Shown: positions 30,701 through 41,928 of the stretch, in pieces | Layout: the number at the start of each line of letters is the position of its first letter | Position numbering within the stretch: position 1 is the stretch's first letter | Virus record (IMG/VR): IMGVR_UViG_3300046170_000155 | Coordinates: 1-56,438 of that record | DNA: 56,438 nucleotides | DNA from: a virus | Taxonomy: Duplodnaviria > Caudoviricetes | Direction: 5' to 3' (one strand) | The notes under the pieces: generated by a model | The model's input: the letters and a program-made list of their open reading frames with translations, nothing else | Database searches by the model: none | Told to the model about the DNA's origin: nothing | Position numbers and translations under genes: made by a program

Positions 30701-33700
30701 TCTGATTTACAATCTTACTTAACTGCTGAAACAAATGATTTATCATCAGTTGTAACTTGGGCTAATGTTCCAGATGCTAATATTACTGAGTCTTCTGTTA
30801 CACAACATCAAGCAGCTTTATCAATAACAGAATCACAAATTTCTGATTTAGGAAGTTACATAACTGCTACATCTAGTGATACGCTAACAAACAAAACAAT
30901 AAACTTTGAAAATAATACTGTAATAGTTGAATATGCAGTAACAGTAGCTGGTGGTAAATTCCTCATAGATGGAGAGTCACAAGCAACAATATCATTCAAC
31001 CCAGGTATAACATATAGATTTGACTTATCAAGTAGTTCAACATCTTCTCATCCATTTGCTCTATCTACAACAGACAATAACTCTGGTAATTCGGAGTACA
31101 CAACAGGTAAGACAGAAAATGGAACACAAGGTCAATCTGGCGCTTACATTGAGTACACAGTTAACGGTGCAACTCCAGATATTCTTTACTACTATTGTGA
31201 ATCACACTCTGGTATGGGTGGAACAGTTACAGTATTCGGTTCAGCTTACGGTGATGCAGATGTACAAGCATACATAAGTGCTGGTGCTGGAATCTCAATA
31301 AGTTCTTCTGGTCAAATATCATCAACAATAACTCAATACTCTGATTCAGATGTAGCTTCATATTTAACAACTAATAGTTATGCTACTCAAGCTTATGTAA
31401 CTAGTCAGATACAAACTAAAGATGAGCTTTCAGAACTATCTGGAGATTCAGATGATATTACACAAGGTTCTACCAATCTTTATTACTCTTCATCTTTATT
31501 TGATACAGATTTAGCTACAAAAACAACAGATAACTTAACAGAAGGTTCTACAAATCTTTATTATGCAGATTCGCTAGTAGAAACATATTTATCTGGTGGC
31601 AACGGTATAACCTACTCTTCTGGAGCTATTTCAGTAGATTCAACAGTTATAACAGGACAAACAGCAGAAACTTCAATAGACACTACTAACGATTTAGTTT
31701 TAATATACGATAATTCAAATACGGCATTAAGAAAGATGGCAGTATCTGATTTACTAGCAAGTGCTGGTGCAGGTTCAATGTCAAGCTTTACTCTTAGCGA
31801 TGGAACTAATACTCAAACAATTGGTGATTCTGAAACTTTAACAGTAACAGGTGGAACAGCGATTTCTGCAACTGTTGGTGCTACAGATGAAGTAACAATA
31901 GCTTTTGATAACTCTAGTGACTTAGATATGAATGGTCAGAGAGTTCTGTTTGCAAATGTTTACTCTCAAGAATCTGATTTACCTAGTGCTTCAACTTATC
32001 ATGGTATGTTTGCTCATGTTCATGGAACTGGAAGAGCTTACTATGCTCATAACGGTAACTGGGTTGAATTAATTGGTGAAAATGAAATAGGTACAGGTTT
32101 AAGTTACAGCGGTGGTACTTTAACTTCAACAATCACTCAATATGCTGACTCAGATGTAGAATCATATTTATCTGGAGGAACTGGAATAAGTTTCTCTTCT
32201 GGTGCTATAGCTATCGACTTTAGTGAGTTCAATACAGACAGTATTGTAGAAGGCTCAACAAATGAATTTTATACAGATGCTAGAGTAGGCAGTTACTTAA
32301 CAGCTAACAATTATGCTACAGAAAGTTATGTCGATACAGAAATAGCAAACTTAGTAGATACAGCTCCATCAACATTAGACACTCTTAATGAATTAGCAGC
32401 AGCTTTAGGTGATGATGCAAACTTCTCAACTACTGTTACAAACTCTATTGCTACTAAATTAGCGATAACAGACTTTACAAGTACGGCGAACACTTGGTTC
32501 TCAACTAAAAATCTTAATGACTTAGCTGATGTAGGATTCGCAGACCCAACATCAACTGAAGATGGAAAAGTTGTTTACTGGGATGATAGTGCTGGAGCTT
32601 TTGGTTTAATATCAGTTGCTGGTCTCTCTGGCTCTGGTGAAACTAACACAGCTTCTAACATTGGTACAGCAGGTGTAGGTTTATTTGATGGTAAAGTCGG
32701 AGAAGATTTACAGTTTAAGAAACTAAACGCAGGTTCTGCAAAGATTACAATTACTGATGACACTTCTAATAATGAAGTAGATATCAACTTAGGTTCTGTC
32801 TCTATAGACGATTTAAGTGATGTTGACACTACTACATCCGCACCATCAACCAATCAAGCTTTATTATGGAATGGAAGTAACTGGGTAGCGGGAGATGTTG
32901 CTACATCTGGTGGCGGAACTGAAGGCATACTTACTTTCACACATTTTGACAATACTTCAGACAATATAGATTTAACAGCAGGAAAAATAGATTTCTTACA
33001 CTTTGATGACAGTGAAGATGATATAGAATTTACACAAAACAAAATAGATTTCTTACATTTTAATGATGTAGAAGATGACATCACTCTTATCTCATATACA
33101 AAGTTAGACGATATATTTGATGTTGACTTAACTTCTTTAGCTACTGGAGACTTTTTAAGATATGATGCAAGCTCAAACACATGGAAAGCTGACCAAGTCG
33201 GAACTACTGAAGGTATTCTTGATTTTGTACACTTTGACAATACAAGCGATAATATTGACTTAACTAATGCACAGTTAACATTGACTGATGCTGATGGTAC
33301 AGGAATAGTAATACCTTTAGAGCAAAATAAAATTGATTTTGTAGAATACGATGGAACTTCTGATGATATAAACCTAACAAGTTATGTAAGACTTGATGAT
33401 GTTTATGATATAGACCTTACAGGTTCTTCTTCTGGAGATATAATTAAATATAACGCTTCAAGTGGAACATGGATTGCTACAGATATACCAACAGAAGTAG
33501 ATGCACATTTAGTTGGCGGAACAGGCGTAACATACTCAGCAGGAAATATCAGTATTGGTCAAGATGTTGGAACAACTGATGATGTAACTTTTAACACTGT
33601 AACTGGTAATCTAACTGGTAATGTCACAGGTAATGTAACTGGAAATGTTACAGGTAATGTGACAGGAACTGTATCTGATGTAAGCAATCATGATACAGAT

Positions 33701-34846
33701 GATATTAGCGAAGGCTCTACAAATCTTTATTTCACTAACGCTAGAGCAGATGCAAGAATTGCAGCAGCTAGCATAGATGACCTTTCAGATGTTGATACAA
33801 CTACAGCATCTCCTTCAACAGGACAAGCTTTAATATGGAATGGTTCAGCTTGGGCCCCAGCAGCTGCTGGTGGTGGAGTTGCGGGAACAGTAGCCTTTAT
33901 TCAATATGACGAGACCATAGACAATATTGCCTTAGATTCACAAGGTGAAGTTCCATTTATACATTTTGACGACACAGTAGATGACATAATAGTCACAGAT
34001 AATATCCTTTCATTCGTAGAATATGACGAAACTGTTGATAATATTTCACTTGAACACGAAACTATAAATCTTTACAACTTAAATAATGTAAGTACCAATG
34101 GATTAAAAGATGGATATATTCTTAAATATAGTTCTTCAACAGGTTCTTGGTATGCAGAAGCACCAGAAGGTAGTGCTACAGCAATAGAATTTGTCAGAGC
34201 AAGTAATGCTAATGACTATATAGAAATTGGCAACAATATCTTACCTTTCTATCACTATGATGGTGTACAAGATAATATTCCTACTGATGGAACCTTATCT
34301 GTTGTTGAATATGACGGAACAGTAGATAACATAGATTTTGCTTCTCCAGTTCCTTATGAAAATCACATTAGAGATGAAGACGGAACTACAGTAGTTTCTG
34401 CTGATAGAACAAATAATACAGTAGAAGTTTATACAAACAGTGAATCAAGAATGTCTATTGATAATGATGGAACAGTCGATATTAGTTCTTCCAAGTTAAC
34501 AATTGCTGGAAGTTCTGGAAATGCTGACCAAGTACTAACAACAGATGGTTCTGGAACTATCTCTTGGGCAGACGGAGGTTCTTCAGATGCAATAACTTCA
34601 GATGATACAAATACTTCTATAACAACACAAAACACAGCAGATACAATAGAATTTACTGCTGGTGGCTCTGCAAGAGCTAAACTAGATAGTTCGATGAGTA
34701 TGGAAGCAGCAGGTGGCTTCTTTAATCACCAAACTACATTATCTGCTAGCGACACTACTATACCAAATGGTACAGGAACAGTTGCAGCTGGACCGTTAAC
34801 AATAACAGGAACAGTTACTGTAGAAGGGGTCTTGGCAGTCGTATGA
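27736..34846 (+). CDS. Giant (~2370 aa) acidic fibre protein; single indel ~30458
   Basis: ORFs 27736-30471 and 30428-34846 join by removing one C (DTADSSYNK). GNVTGNVTG, TDD..EGS.NLYY, L.DV.......GDFL.YNG..W and AP.TLDTLNELAAALGDD motifs; C-terminal AAGPLTITGTVTV. Confidence 0.85.
30643..30850 (+). repeat. Intragenic duplication TESxVTQHQAALSITESQISDL
   Basis: 22-aa motif at ~30643-30709 and ~30785-30850 with mostly synonymous differences. Confidence 0.9.
32920..34340 (+). repeat. About 12 copies of a 17-18 aa hxFxH/EF/YDxxxDxIxL motif
   Basis: For example ILTFTHFDNTSDNIDL, IDFLHFDDSEDDIEF, IDFVEYDGTSDDINL, VPFIHFDDTVDDIIV, LSVVEYDGTVDNIDF; arranged as four triads. Confidence 0.85.
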
Positions 34847-34870
34847 TATACTTCATACAGGGAGTTTCTT

Positions 34871-36190
34871 ATGAGTAAAATAGAAGTTAACGAAATATCA
34901 AAAACATCAACTGGAAGTGAAATAACTATATCCAGTCCTATTACTATGGATTCACCAATAAAGGTAAAGTCGTATGATGCTTCTGGAATTGCTGGTTTAA
35001 CAGCTTCAACTGGACAACTGATATATGATAGCGACAACTCAACACTTAAAGTATATACAGGTTCTGCGTGGGAAGCTGTCGGCGGTGCAAGTGACCCTTT
35101 AGAAGTAAATGCAATAAATGCAGCTACTAGCGGTGGTCCTATATCTTTAGGTTCGGAACTAAAACTTAAAAACCAAACGACATCTCAAATAAACGCATTA
35201 TCTGGAATGCTTGAGGGAGAAACAGTCTATGATTCCGATTTGGGAACAATTAAAGTATATAACGGAAGTTCTTGGGCTAAGATGTCAGAATCGACATATC
35301 AATTTCAAGTTCAATATTTAGTTATTGGTGGTGGCGGTGCAGGTTCACATCAACATGGCGGAGGCGGTGGAGCAGGTGGTTATCGCTCTTCGTATGGTAC
35401 AGAAGTCTCTGGTGGTGGAAATACTACAGAGTCAACTATAACTATTACACCCGCTGGTACTTATACAGTAGAAGTTGGTGGTGGTGGTGCATCTACAAGT
35501 GGACAGGGTAGTTCAGAATGGGCTAGTAACTCTGCTTCTGGTGATGACAGTATTTTTCATACAGTAACCTCTAAAGGTGGAGGTGGCGGTGGACAATGGA
35601 ATGGTCATGTAGGTGTAGCTGGTGGTTCTGGTGGCGGAGGTGCTACTCATGGCGCATCTGGTGGTGCAGGAGAACCAAATCAAGGTTATGCAGGAGGTAC
35701 AGGCTCTAATGTTTCTAATCACTTCGCAGGAGGTGGCGGTGGCGCTGGAGCTGTTGGTGTCACTGGTGTAAACAACAAAGCTGGAAATGGTGGTATTGGC
35801 GTTGCATCTTCAATAACTGGTTCAACAGTCACAAGAGCTGGTGGAGGCGGTGGTGGTTCCTATACTGGTGGTGCTGGTAACACAGGTTGGAGAGGTCTTG
35901 GCGGAGATGGCGGAGGCGGAGATGGCGGAGTCAACAACGGTGGACAAAATGAACTTGTTACAGCTGATAATGGTACTGTTAATACAGGAGGCGGTGGCGG
36001 TGGAATTGGTCCATATGCTACAGCGTATACTAATGGTGCTGGTGGAAGTGGTGTAGTTATTCTTCGATATCCAAATACTTGGACTATATCTGTCGGAATA
36101 GGATTAGTATGGAGTGGTACAGAAAATGCTGCTGGAACTGATAAATACGCAGTAATTACAGGCGGTGCAGGAACCGTCACTTGGAGTTAA
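34871..36190 (+). CDS. Glycine-rich virion/fibre-tip protein
   Basis: MSKIEVNEI N-terminus; two G.LIYDSD...KVY.GS.W modules; VQYLVIGGGGAG...GGSGVVILRYP domain. Confidence 0.85.
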   Translation: MSKIEVNEISKTSTGSEITISSPITMDSPIKVKSYDASGIAGLTASTGQLIYDSDNSTLKVYTGSAWEAVGGASDPLEVNAINAATSGGPISLGSELKLKNQTTSQINALSGMLEGETVYDSDLGTIKVYNGSSWAKMSESTYQFQVQYLVIGGGGAGSHQHGGGGGAGGYRSSYGTEVSGGGNTTESTITITPAGTYTVEVGGGGASTSGQGSSEWASNSASGDDSIFHTVTSKGGGGGGQWNGHVGVAGGSGGGGATHGASGGAGEPNQGYAGGTGSNVSNHFAGGGGGAGAVGVTGVNNKAGNGGIGVASSITGSTVTRAGGGGGGSYTGGAGNTGWRGLGGDGGGGDGGVNNGGQNELVTADNGTVNTGGGGGGIGPYATAYTNGAGGSGVVILRYPNTWTISVGIGLVWSGTENAAGTDKYAVITGGAGTVTWS

Positions 36191-36196
36191 AATATT

Positions 36197-36601
36197 ATGG
36201 CACATTACGCATTTATAAACGAATTTAATACAGTAGTAAGAGTTATTACTGGTGTAGATGAAAATGATACTTCTACACTTCCAGAAGGCTTTGATAGCTG
36301 GGAAGCATGGTATCAAAATTACAAAGGACTTACTTGTAAAAGGACTTCTTACAACACAGTAAGAAATACACATACTAATGAAGGAACTCCTTTTAGAGGT
36401 AACTATGCAGGTAAGGGATATACTTACGATTCAGACAACGATGTATTTATACCACCTAAACCTTTTGGTAGTTGGATTCTTAATGAAAGTACTTGGTCTT
36501 GGGAATCACCATTAGATTACCCAGATGATGGTCAAGAATATATTTGGAATGAAAATGCTTATGCAGAAGATGACACTACAGGTTGGGAGATTAAAGCATA
36601 A
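36197..36601 (+). CDS. MAHYA-type partner of glycine-rich protein
   Basis: MAHYA...RTSYNT...PFRGNYAG.G.TYD...D.FIPPKPF.SW; paralog of 41503-41928. Confidence 0.85.
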   Translation: MAHYAFINEFNTVVRVITGVDENDTSTLPEGFDSWEAWYQNYKGLTCKRTSYNTVRNTHTNEGTPFRGNYAGKGYTYDSDNDVFIPPKPFGSWILNESTWSWESPLDYPDDGQEYIWNENAYAEDDTTGWEIKA

Positions 36602-36864
36602 TGGGTAAAATTAAAGTAGACCAAATAGAAATAGAATCTGGTAACTCTATACAGCTAAATAATGCTGTCAAGATAAAATCATACGATGCAGCAGGAATTG
36701 CAGCATTAACCCCATCTTCTGGTGACTTGATATATGATTCTGATAACAATGCACTCAAAGTTTATAAAAGTTCTTCGTGGGAAGAAGTAGGCGATACTGT
36801 TGACTTAAGTAGTTATGCTACTAAAGACGATGCTTTCGCTTATCAAATAATTATAGGAGATTAA
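36601..36864 (+). CDS. Short fibre-anchor protein
   Basis: MGKIKVDQI; KIKSYDAAGIAAL...GDLIYDSDN..LKVY near-identical to 34871 protein; hydrophobic C-terminus AFAYQIIIG. Confidence 0.8.
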   Translation: MGKIKVDQIEIESGNSIQLNNAVKIKSYDAAGIAALTPSSGDLIYDSDNNALKVYKSSSWEEVGDTVDLSSYATKDDAFAYQIIIGD

Positions 36865-37194
36865 ATGGCTTACGATTATAAATCTGTCAATGCTGATTTA
36901 GGAACTACTATTGATACATCTATTTATGAATGTCCATCAGCAAAAACTGCTGTTGTTCTTTTATGTCAAATAGCAAATATCGATGGTTCTAATAGTGTAA
37001 ATGTTTATGTAGATTATTACGATAGTAGTAATACTCAAGCAAAAGCACTAGCGCATGAACTTCCAGTTCCAGCAGACACATCACTAAACCCTATTGGGGG
37101 AAAGCTTGTTTTAGAAGCTGGAGACCAACTTAGAGCTTGGGCAAGTGCTGCTTCAGATGCAGAGATAGTTGTTTCAGTAGTAGAGATTAGCTAA
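36865..37194 (+). CDS. ~110-aa beta-sandwich virion adaptor protein
   Basis: IYECPS..TAVV...IAN...VPAD......KLVLEAGDQL; paralog of 38447 and 44078. Confidence 0.8.
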   Translation: MAYDYKSVNADLGTTIDTSIYECPSAKTAVVLLCQIANIDGSNSVNVYVDYYDSSNTQAKALAHELPVPADTSLNPIGGKLVLEAGDQLRAWASAASDAEIVVSVVEIS

Positions 37195-37913
37195 TGAGAA
37201 CTAGAAATGGTTTTATAGGAGTTGTTCCACAACAAGATTCTACTACTGGTAATTCTGGTGTATTATCAGTAAACTCACACAATATAGAAAAATCAAGAAA
37301 TAATTTAAAAAGTTTAGACCTTCCTCCAGCAAGTCACGGGCTAAGGTTGTTTCTAGATGCAGGACAAGAAGCATCATATACTTCTGGTAGTACTTGGACT
37401 GACATAAGTGGTAATGGTAGAAATGCAACGCTATATAATGTTAGTCATACTACTGCTACGCCTAGTTATTTTAATTTAACAACCTCATTTAGTTTTGCTA
37501 CTCCAGCCAATACATTAGGAAGTAGTAACAGCTCAGTTTCTATGGTAATAAAAACAGGTGATTCCCAATCAATGTTAGTAACTGATGATGGTAATCAAGA
37601 TTATTTAGGTGCATACAGAAGTGGTAACGCATACTATCACAACAATGTTGGTGGAGGAAAAAATCTTTACATAAATGGAACGAGTCAGACAAATTTATAT
37701 AGTACGATAAGAACAAATAACTCTTTATTGGTTACAGTAACTGATTGTGATTTTTCTTTTGGCTCTAATAGATTTGTTTTTAATACTTATGGAAGTTTTC
37801 AATTTGGAGATGGTAGATTGTACGCTGTTGTAGTTCACGATGGTAATCTTAGTTCTAGCCAAGTAACTGATTTATATAACTGGTTTAACTCAAGAGGATA
37901 CATAAACGCATGA
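37194..37913 (+). CDS. Lectin/concanavalin-like putative receptor-binding protein
   Basis: GL.LFLDAG..ASY..GSTWTDISGNGRNATL...LSSSQV..LYN. Confidence 0.75.
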   Translation: MRTRNGFIGVVPQQDSTTGNSGVLSVNSHNIEKSRNNLKSLDLPPASHGLRLFLDAGQEASYTSGSTWTDISGNGRNATLYNVSHTTATPSYFNLTTSFSFATPANTLGSSNSSVSMVIKTGDSQSMLVTDDGNQDYLGAYRSGNAYYHNNVGGGKNLYINGTSQTNLYSTIRTNNSLLVTVTDCDFSFGSNRFVFNTYGSFQFGDGRLYAVVVHDGNLSSSQVTDLYNWFNSRGYINA

Positions 37914-38044
37914 GTTGGATACTAAAACAGCACGGAACAACTTTTATTATGGAATTTGATACAGCAGAAGAAGCTGCTGCACATACACATACTGTAGATT
38001 CAGAAAATATGATATCTTGGTATATAGAAGAGAACATTACATAA
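37910..38044 (+). CDS. 44-aa hypothetical protein
   Basis: ATGA overlap, RBS GAGGA; MSWILKQHGTTFIMEFDTAEEA... Confidence 0.55.
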   Translation: MSWILKQHGTTFIMEFDTAEEAAAHTHTVDSENMISWYIEENIT

Positions 38045-38095
38045 TGACTAAGAGTATAAAATTATCTGTTAGAATAGTAAAGATATAGGGAATTC

Positions 38096-38437
38096 ATGTC
38101 AAGTATTTTAAAAGTAGACTCAATAGAAGAAAGAACATCTGGTGGTGGTGTATCGTTTACAGGTACATTAATTCCAGATGCTTTACGCTTAGCGTCAAAA
38201 ACAACAGCAGAAAGAAATTTACTATCTGCCAGTACTGGTGATATGTTATTTAATACAGATACAGCAGTAATAGAATTTTACAACGGCTCTAGTTGGGCAG
38301 GAATTGACACATTGTTAACTCTTGTAGATGAAGACGATATGGCTTCTAACAGTGCTAGTTCCGTTCCTTCACAACAATCAGTAAAAGCTTATGCAGATAC
38401 TAAGGCAAGCATTGGGCTTGTTATAGCTTTAAGTTAG
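38096..38437 (+). CDS. Short fibre-anchor protein
   Basis: MSSILKVDSI; TTAERN...GDMLFNTD...EFYNGSSW; DEDDMASNSA..VPSQQSVKAY; C-terminal ASIGLVIALS. Confidence 0.8.
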   Translation: MSSILKVDSIEERTSGGGVSFTGTLIPDALRLASKTTAERNLLSASTGDMLFNTDTAVIEFYNGSSWAGIDTLLTLVDEDDMASNSASSVPSQQSVKAYADTKASIGLVIALS

Positions 38438-38446
38438 GAGAAAAAA

Positions 38447-38776
38447 ATGGCAGAAACATTCAAAAGTCTAACAGTTGACGCTGGTACAGCTATGGCTGAT
38501 TTAATACCTACAGTCGCTGCTGGTACGACAGTTATTGTTTTAAGCTGTAGAGCGACAAACATACACGCAACATTAGATGCCACTGTAAGTGCAGAAGTAA
38601 CAGATGGTTCTTCAAAGAATGGTTATATTGCTTTTACACTTCCAGTACCAAATACTAGTTCCGTTGAACTTGCAGGTAATTCTAAAATCGTTTTACAGAC
38701 AGGCGATAAGTTGCAAGGACTTGCAGCTGTTGCTAGTACAATAGAGTATGTAATTTCTTATCTTGAAATGACTTAA
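38447..38776 (+). CDS. ~110-aa beta-sandwich virion adaptor protein
   Basis: MAETFKS...VP..SSVEL...KIVLQTGDKL; RBS AGGAG. Confidence 0.8.
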   Translation: MAETFKSLTVDAGTAMADLIPTVAAGTTVIVLSCRATNIHATLDATVSAEVTDGSSKNGYIAFTLPVPNTSSVELAGNSKIVLQTGDKLQGLAAVASTIEYVISYLEMT

Positions 38777-38777
38777 A

Positions 38778-39533
38778 ATGACTCGTAAGGTCAATCCGTT
38801 ATATTTAGGAAAAGCACCAGAAGATGCAAGTTCTGATGTCGTTAGTGGTGTATTTGATACACAAACTGTTTATCAAAATTCAGCTAATAATTTTATGCCA
38901 GTTAACCCGCCTACATCAACTGCGGCAAGTAGAATTTATATACCTTCCTCCTTTGATGATGGTAACAATGTTTGGGAAAATTTCTTAGGAACATCGGGTA
39001 CTAATAGTAGTTCTAGTAGAGGAAATCCTACATTAGCTACAAATGTAACACCAGCTAATGGTTCTAGTAAAATAACAAGTTATGTACAAGGAGGAACGGG
39101 AGATGGTTTAGTTTTTTCTGGAACTCAAGTAGCAAACACTTATACAACTATACATGTCACTAGATGGTCTGGTGGAAGTAACCAAAGAATATGGGGTGGA
39201 ACTGTTGGAAATTGGCTTTCTGGACATTGGAATGGTAATTCAGCAGTTGCTTATCATAATGGTTGGCTTATTTCAAGTAACGGTGCTGGCTCAAATTGGT
39301 TAATATCAGTTGACGCACCTAGTTATTATCGAGGATATTGGGGTACTGGTTCTGAACAAGGAGGAACTGGTGGTTCAACTACTATTGGTGGAAGTTGGGC
39401 TCTAAACGCCACAGCAAACTCTGAATACAGTAACTGGCAGTGTTATGGAATGTGGTATTGGGGTTCTGTTTTAAGTGCTAATGATAGAACTATTGCCGTT
39501 GACTTTATAAAAAATCTTGTAGGAGTAGGATAA
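38778..39533 (+). CDS. Trp/Gly-rich lectin-like putative receptor-binding protein
   Basis: YLGKAP N-terminus; YT.IHV.R....NQRI....NWLSGHW...VAYHNGW. Confidence 0.7.
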   Translation: MTRKVNPLYLGKAPEDASSDVVSGVFDTQTVYQNSANNFMPVNPPTSTAASRIYIPSSFDDGNNVWENFLGTSGTNSSSSRGNPTLATNVTPANGSSKITSYVQGGTGDGLVFSGTQVANTYTTIHVTRWSGGSNQRIWGGTVGNWLSGHWNGNSAVAYHNGWLISSNGAGSNWLISVDAPSYYRGYWGTGSEQGGTGGSTTIGGSWALNATANSEYSNWQCYGMWYWGSVLSANDRTIAVDFIKNLVGVG

Positions 39534-39775
39534 TGAAAAAGATTATGTTTATCATGCCAGAGCATGTATCCGAAATAGATTTTAGTGAAATAACACAAGA
39601 ATCAGAAGATAACCTTACTTATAATGAATTAGAAACTTTAACTTATATAACTTGGCAAGGTGATAACCCAAGTTCAGTACAATCTTTAATAGATAACTAC
39701 AATTATCCAGTACAAGATGAAAATGACATAGATGAATTATCTTTTACTGATAAATGGATGCTGTTTATTGGATGA
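39533..39775 (+). CDS. Small acidic hypothetical protein
   Basis: 80 aa, coupled TAATG, RBS present; IDFSEI.Q.S...W.G..PS. Confidence 0.7.
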   Translation: MKKIMFIMPEHVSEIDFSEITQESEDNLTYNELETLTYITWQGDNPSSVQSLIDNYNYPVQDENDIDELSFTDKWMLFIG

Positions 39776-39846
39776 CTAAAAAACACTTATTTAGAATACC
39801 TGTGATAAACTTTGTTTATCCTTTTAATTACACATAGGAGAAATAT

Positions 39847-40692
39847 ATGGGATATAGACCAATACATGTTAACGAAACTGGTGGAGATACTACTGGTTTA
39901 AGAGAGTTTGCCAATGGTGCAGATTCTGGTGTGATAGTTCCTTCTGGAACAACACCTCAAAGAGAATCTGGTGCGACAGCAGGTACAGTAAGATACAACA
40001 CAACAATCGGAGCTTTTGAATACACAACAGGTAGCGATACTTGGGTAACTTTAGGAGAAGCTGCTGCTGACGGTTCTACAAAAGGTATAGCAACATTTGA
40101 TTCAACAGAATTTTCTGCATCATCTGGTGTTATAAGCATAGGAACACTTGATGCTTCTACCATTGCAGACGGAAGCGTAACAAACGCAGAGTTTCAATAT
40201 ATAGGAACATTAACTTCTAATGCACAAACTCAGTTAGATGCAAAAGCAACAACAGCTAATACACTTGATTCCTTCGCTGCACCAACTGCGGCTATAGATA
40301 TAAATGGTCAAGAAGTATCAGATATTAAATTAAAGAATTATTACGAGACAGATGTTGCACTAACTTCAAGCTCTGGAGTGGTAGCAATTGATTTATCAGC
40401 AGGTAATGTTGGAGCCTTGACTTTAACAGAGAATGTTACAGACATTGACTTTACAAATGTACCAACTGATGGTTCTTCATCTTTTATGTTAAAAATTACA
40501 CAAGACGCTTCTTCAGCTTATACAGTAGCTATAAATGCTATGACTGTTAATGGAGGAAGCGATGTCACAGGACTAACAGCTGGTGGAGCAGGATATACAA
40601 TGTCTGCAACACTAGGTGGAGTTGATGTTTTAACAATAATGTTCTTAGACGCAGGAACACCACTAATAAACGCACTGCAAGACTTTAGCTAA
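39847..40692 (+). CDS. Secondary fibre protein
   Basis: N-terminal RPIHV.E.GGDTTGLREFANGADSG shared with 43479; C-terminal IDLS.GN...LTL..N...LKITQD domain; RBS AGGAG. Confidence 0.8.
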   Translation: MGYRPIHVNETGGDTTGLREFANGADSGVIVPSGTTPQRESGATAGTVRYNTTIGAFEYTTGSDTWVTLGEAAADGSTKGIATFDSTEFSASSGVISIGTLDASTIADGSVTNAEFQYIGTLTSNAQTQLDAKATTANTLDSFAAPTAAIDINGQEVSDIKLKNYYETDVALTSSSGVVAIDLSAGNVGALTLTENVTDIDFTNVPTDGSSSFMLKITQDASSAYTVAINAMTVNGGSDVTGLTAGGAGYTMSATLGGVDVLTIMFLDAGTPLINALQDFS

Positions 40693-40701
40693 GGAGTACT
40701 A

Positions 40702-41493
40702 ATGCCTTTAGGTTCAGCAAGATTCGGAATGCTCGGAGGAGCACCAGATATGGAAATGACACTATATATGGTTGCTGGCGGTGGCGGTGGCGGTCTCGGT
40801 ACTGGTCATTCGGGCTGGGGTTATTTTAGAGGCGCTGGCGGTGGCGGTGGCGGTTATATAACTGGTACAGCAGAATTTTTTCAACCAAACACAGACTATG
40901 CAGTTGACATAGGTGGTGGCGGTGGTGGCCAAGGCCAAGGTGGAGCTACTACTTTAGTTTATCAAGACGCAACTCTAACTTGTGTAGGTGGAGGAAAAGG
41001 CGGTAACGGTTCTGGTAATCATGCTGGAGGCGGAGGCGGTGGCGCTGGAGGTTCTGGCGGTGGTGGTGGAACAGTATTTGCTAATATTCGTCCTTATGAT
41101 AGTCACGGTTACGGTGGTGGAGCTGCACAGCAGCCATCACAAACAGTTCCAGCAGGTTTTTCATCTTTAGGTAATGCTGGTGCACAAGGTAACAGAGGTT
41201 CTGGTTTCTCAGATGGTAATCCACCTCCAGGTGGAGCAGGTAGTGCTGGTTCTGGAACATTAGCTCCTTTAGGATTTTCCGTAGGTAATGGTGGTGCAGG
41301 TAATACAGTAAACAGAGGAAATGGTGGAACAGAAGGTTCAAATACAGGTGGTGGCTCTGGAATGATTTATATTTTATTTAATGAATTACTTTCAGTAAAC
41401 ATTGGTACAGGTGTAGTAGGTACTACAGGAACTTATAGTGGACAAAATTATGTTCATATAACTGGTGGGGCAGGAGATATTAGGTTCGCCTAA
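40702..41493 (+). CDS. Glycine-rich virion/fibre-tip protein
   Basis: YMVAGGGGGG...GAGGGGGGY...GGGSGMIYI; related to C-terminal domain of 34871. Confidence 0.8.
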   Translation: MPLGSARFGMLGGAPDMEMTLYMVAGGGGGGLGTGHSGWGYFRGAGGGGGGYITGTAEFFQPNTDYAVDIGGGGGGQGQGGATTLVYQDATLTCVGGGKGGNGSGNHAGGGGGGAGGSGGGGGTVFANIRPYDSHGYGGGAAQQPSQTVPAGFSSLGNAGAQGNRGSGFSDGNPPPGGAGSAGSGTLAPLGFSVGNGGAGNTVNRGNGGTEGSNTGGGSGMIYILFNELLSVNIGTGVVGTTGTYSGQNYVHITGGAGDIRFA

Positions 41494-41502
41494 TAATTAA
41501 TT

Positions 41503-41928
41503 ATGGCTCATTACGCAATTTTAGATGACGACAGCATAGTAACTCAAGTTATTGTAGGTATAGACGAAGACGATACTGACAATTTACCAGAAGAGTTTGG
41601 TAGCTGGGAAGATTTTTATAGTTCTATAAAAGATGGAAAAACTGTAAAAAGAACAAGTTACAACACTTTTGCAGGAGAGCACGAACTAGATGGTACACCT
41701 TTTAGAGGAAACTATGGAACAGTTGGTTTTATTTACTATGCAGAACAAGATATGTTTTTACCACCAAAGCCTTTTGACAGTTGGGTAGAAGATTTTGATA
41801 ACTTTTATTGGAAAGCACCTATAGACAAACCAAATGATACTGATAACTTTGGCTGGGTAGAAGACGATTATCAAGACGACAATACAACTGGTTGGTTGTT
41901 AATAGAAGAACCCGAAGACGGAGAATAA
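41503..41928 (+). CDS. MAHYA-type partner protein
   Basis: Paralog of 36197 (KRTSYNT, PFRGNY, PPKPF.SW). Confidence 0.85.
   Translation: MAHYAILDDDSIVTQVIVGIDEDDTDNLPEEFGSWEDFYSSIKDGKTVKRTSYNTFAGEHELDGTPFRGNYGTVGFIYYAEQDMFLPPKPFDSWVEDFDNFYWKAPIDKPNDTDNFGWVEDDYQDDNTTGWLLIEEPEDGE

Noticed and set aside
33600-33665. Tandem 12-nt repeats (also 28615-28685)
   Set aside because: Encode ordinary GNVT fibre repeats.
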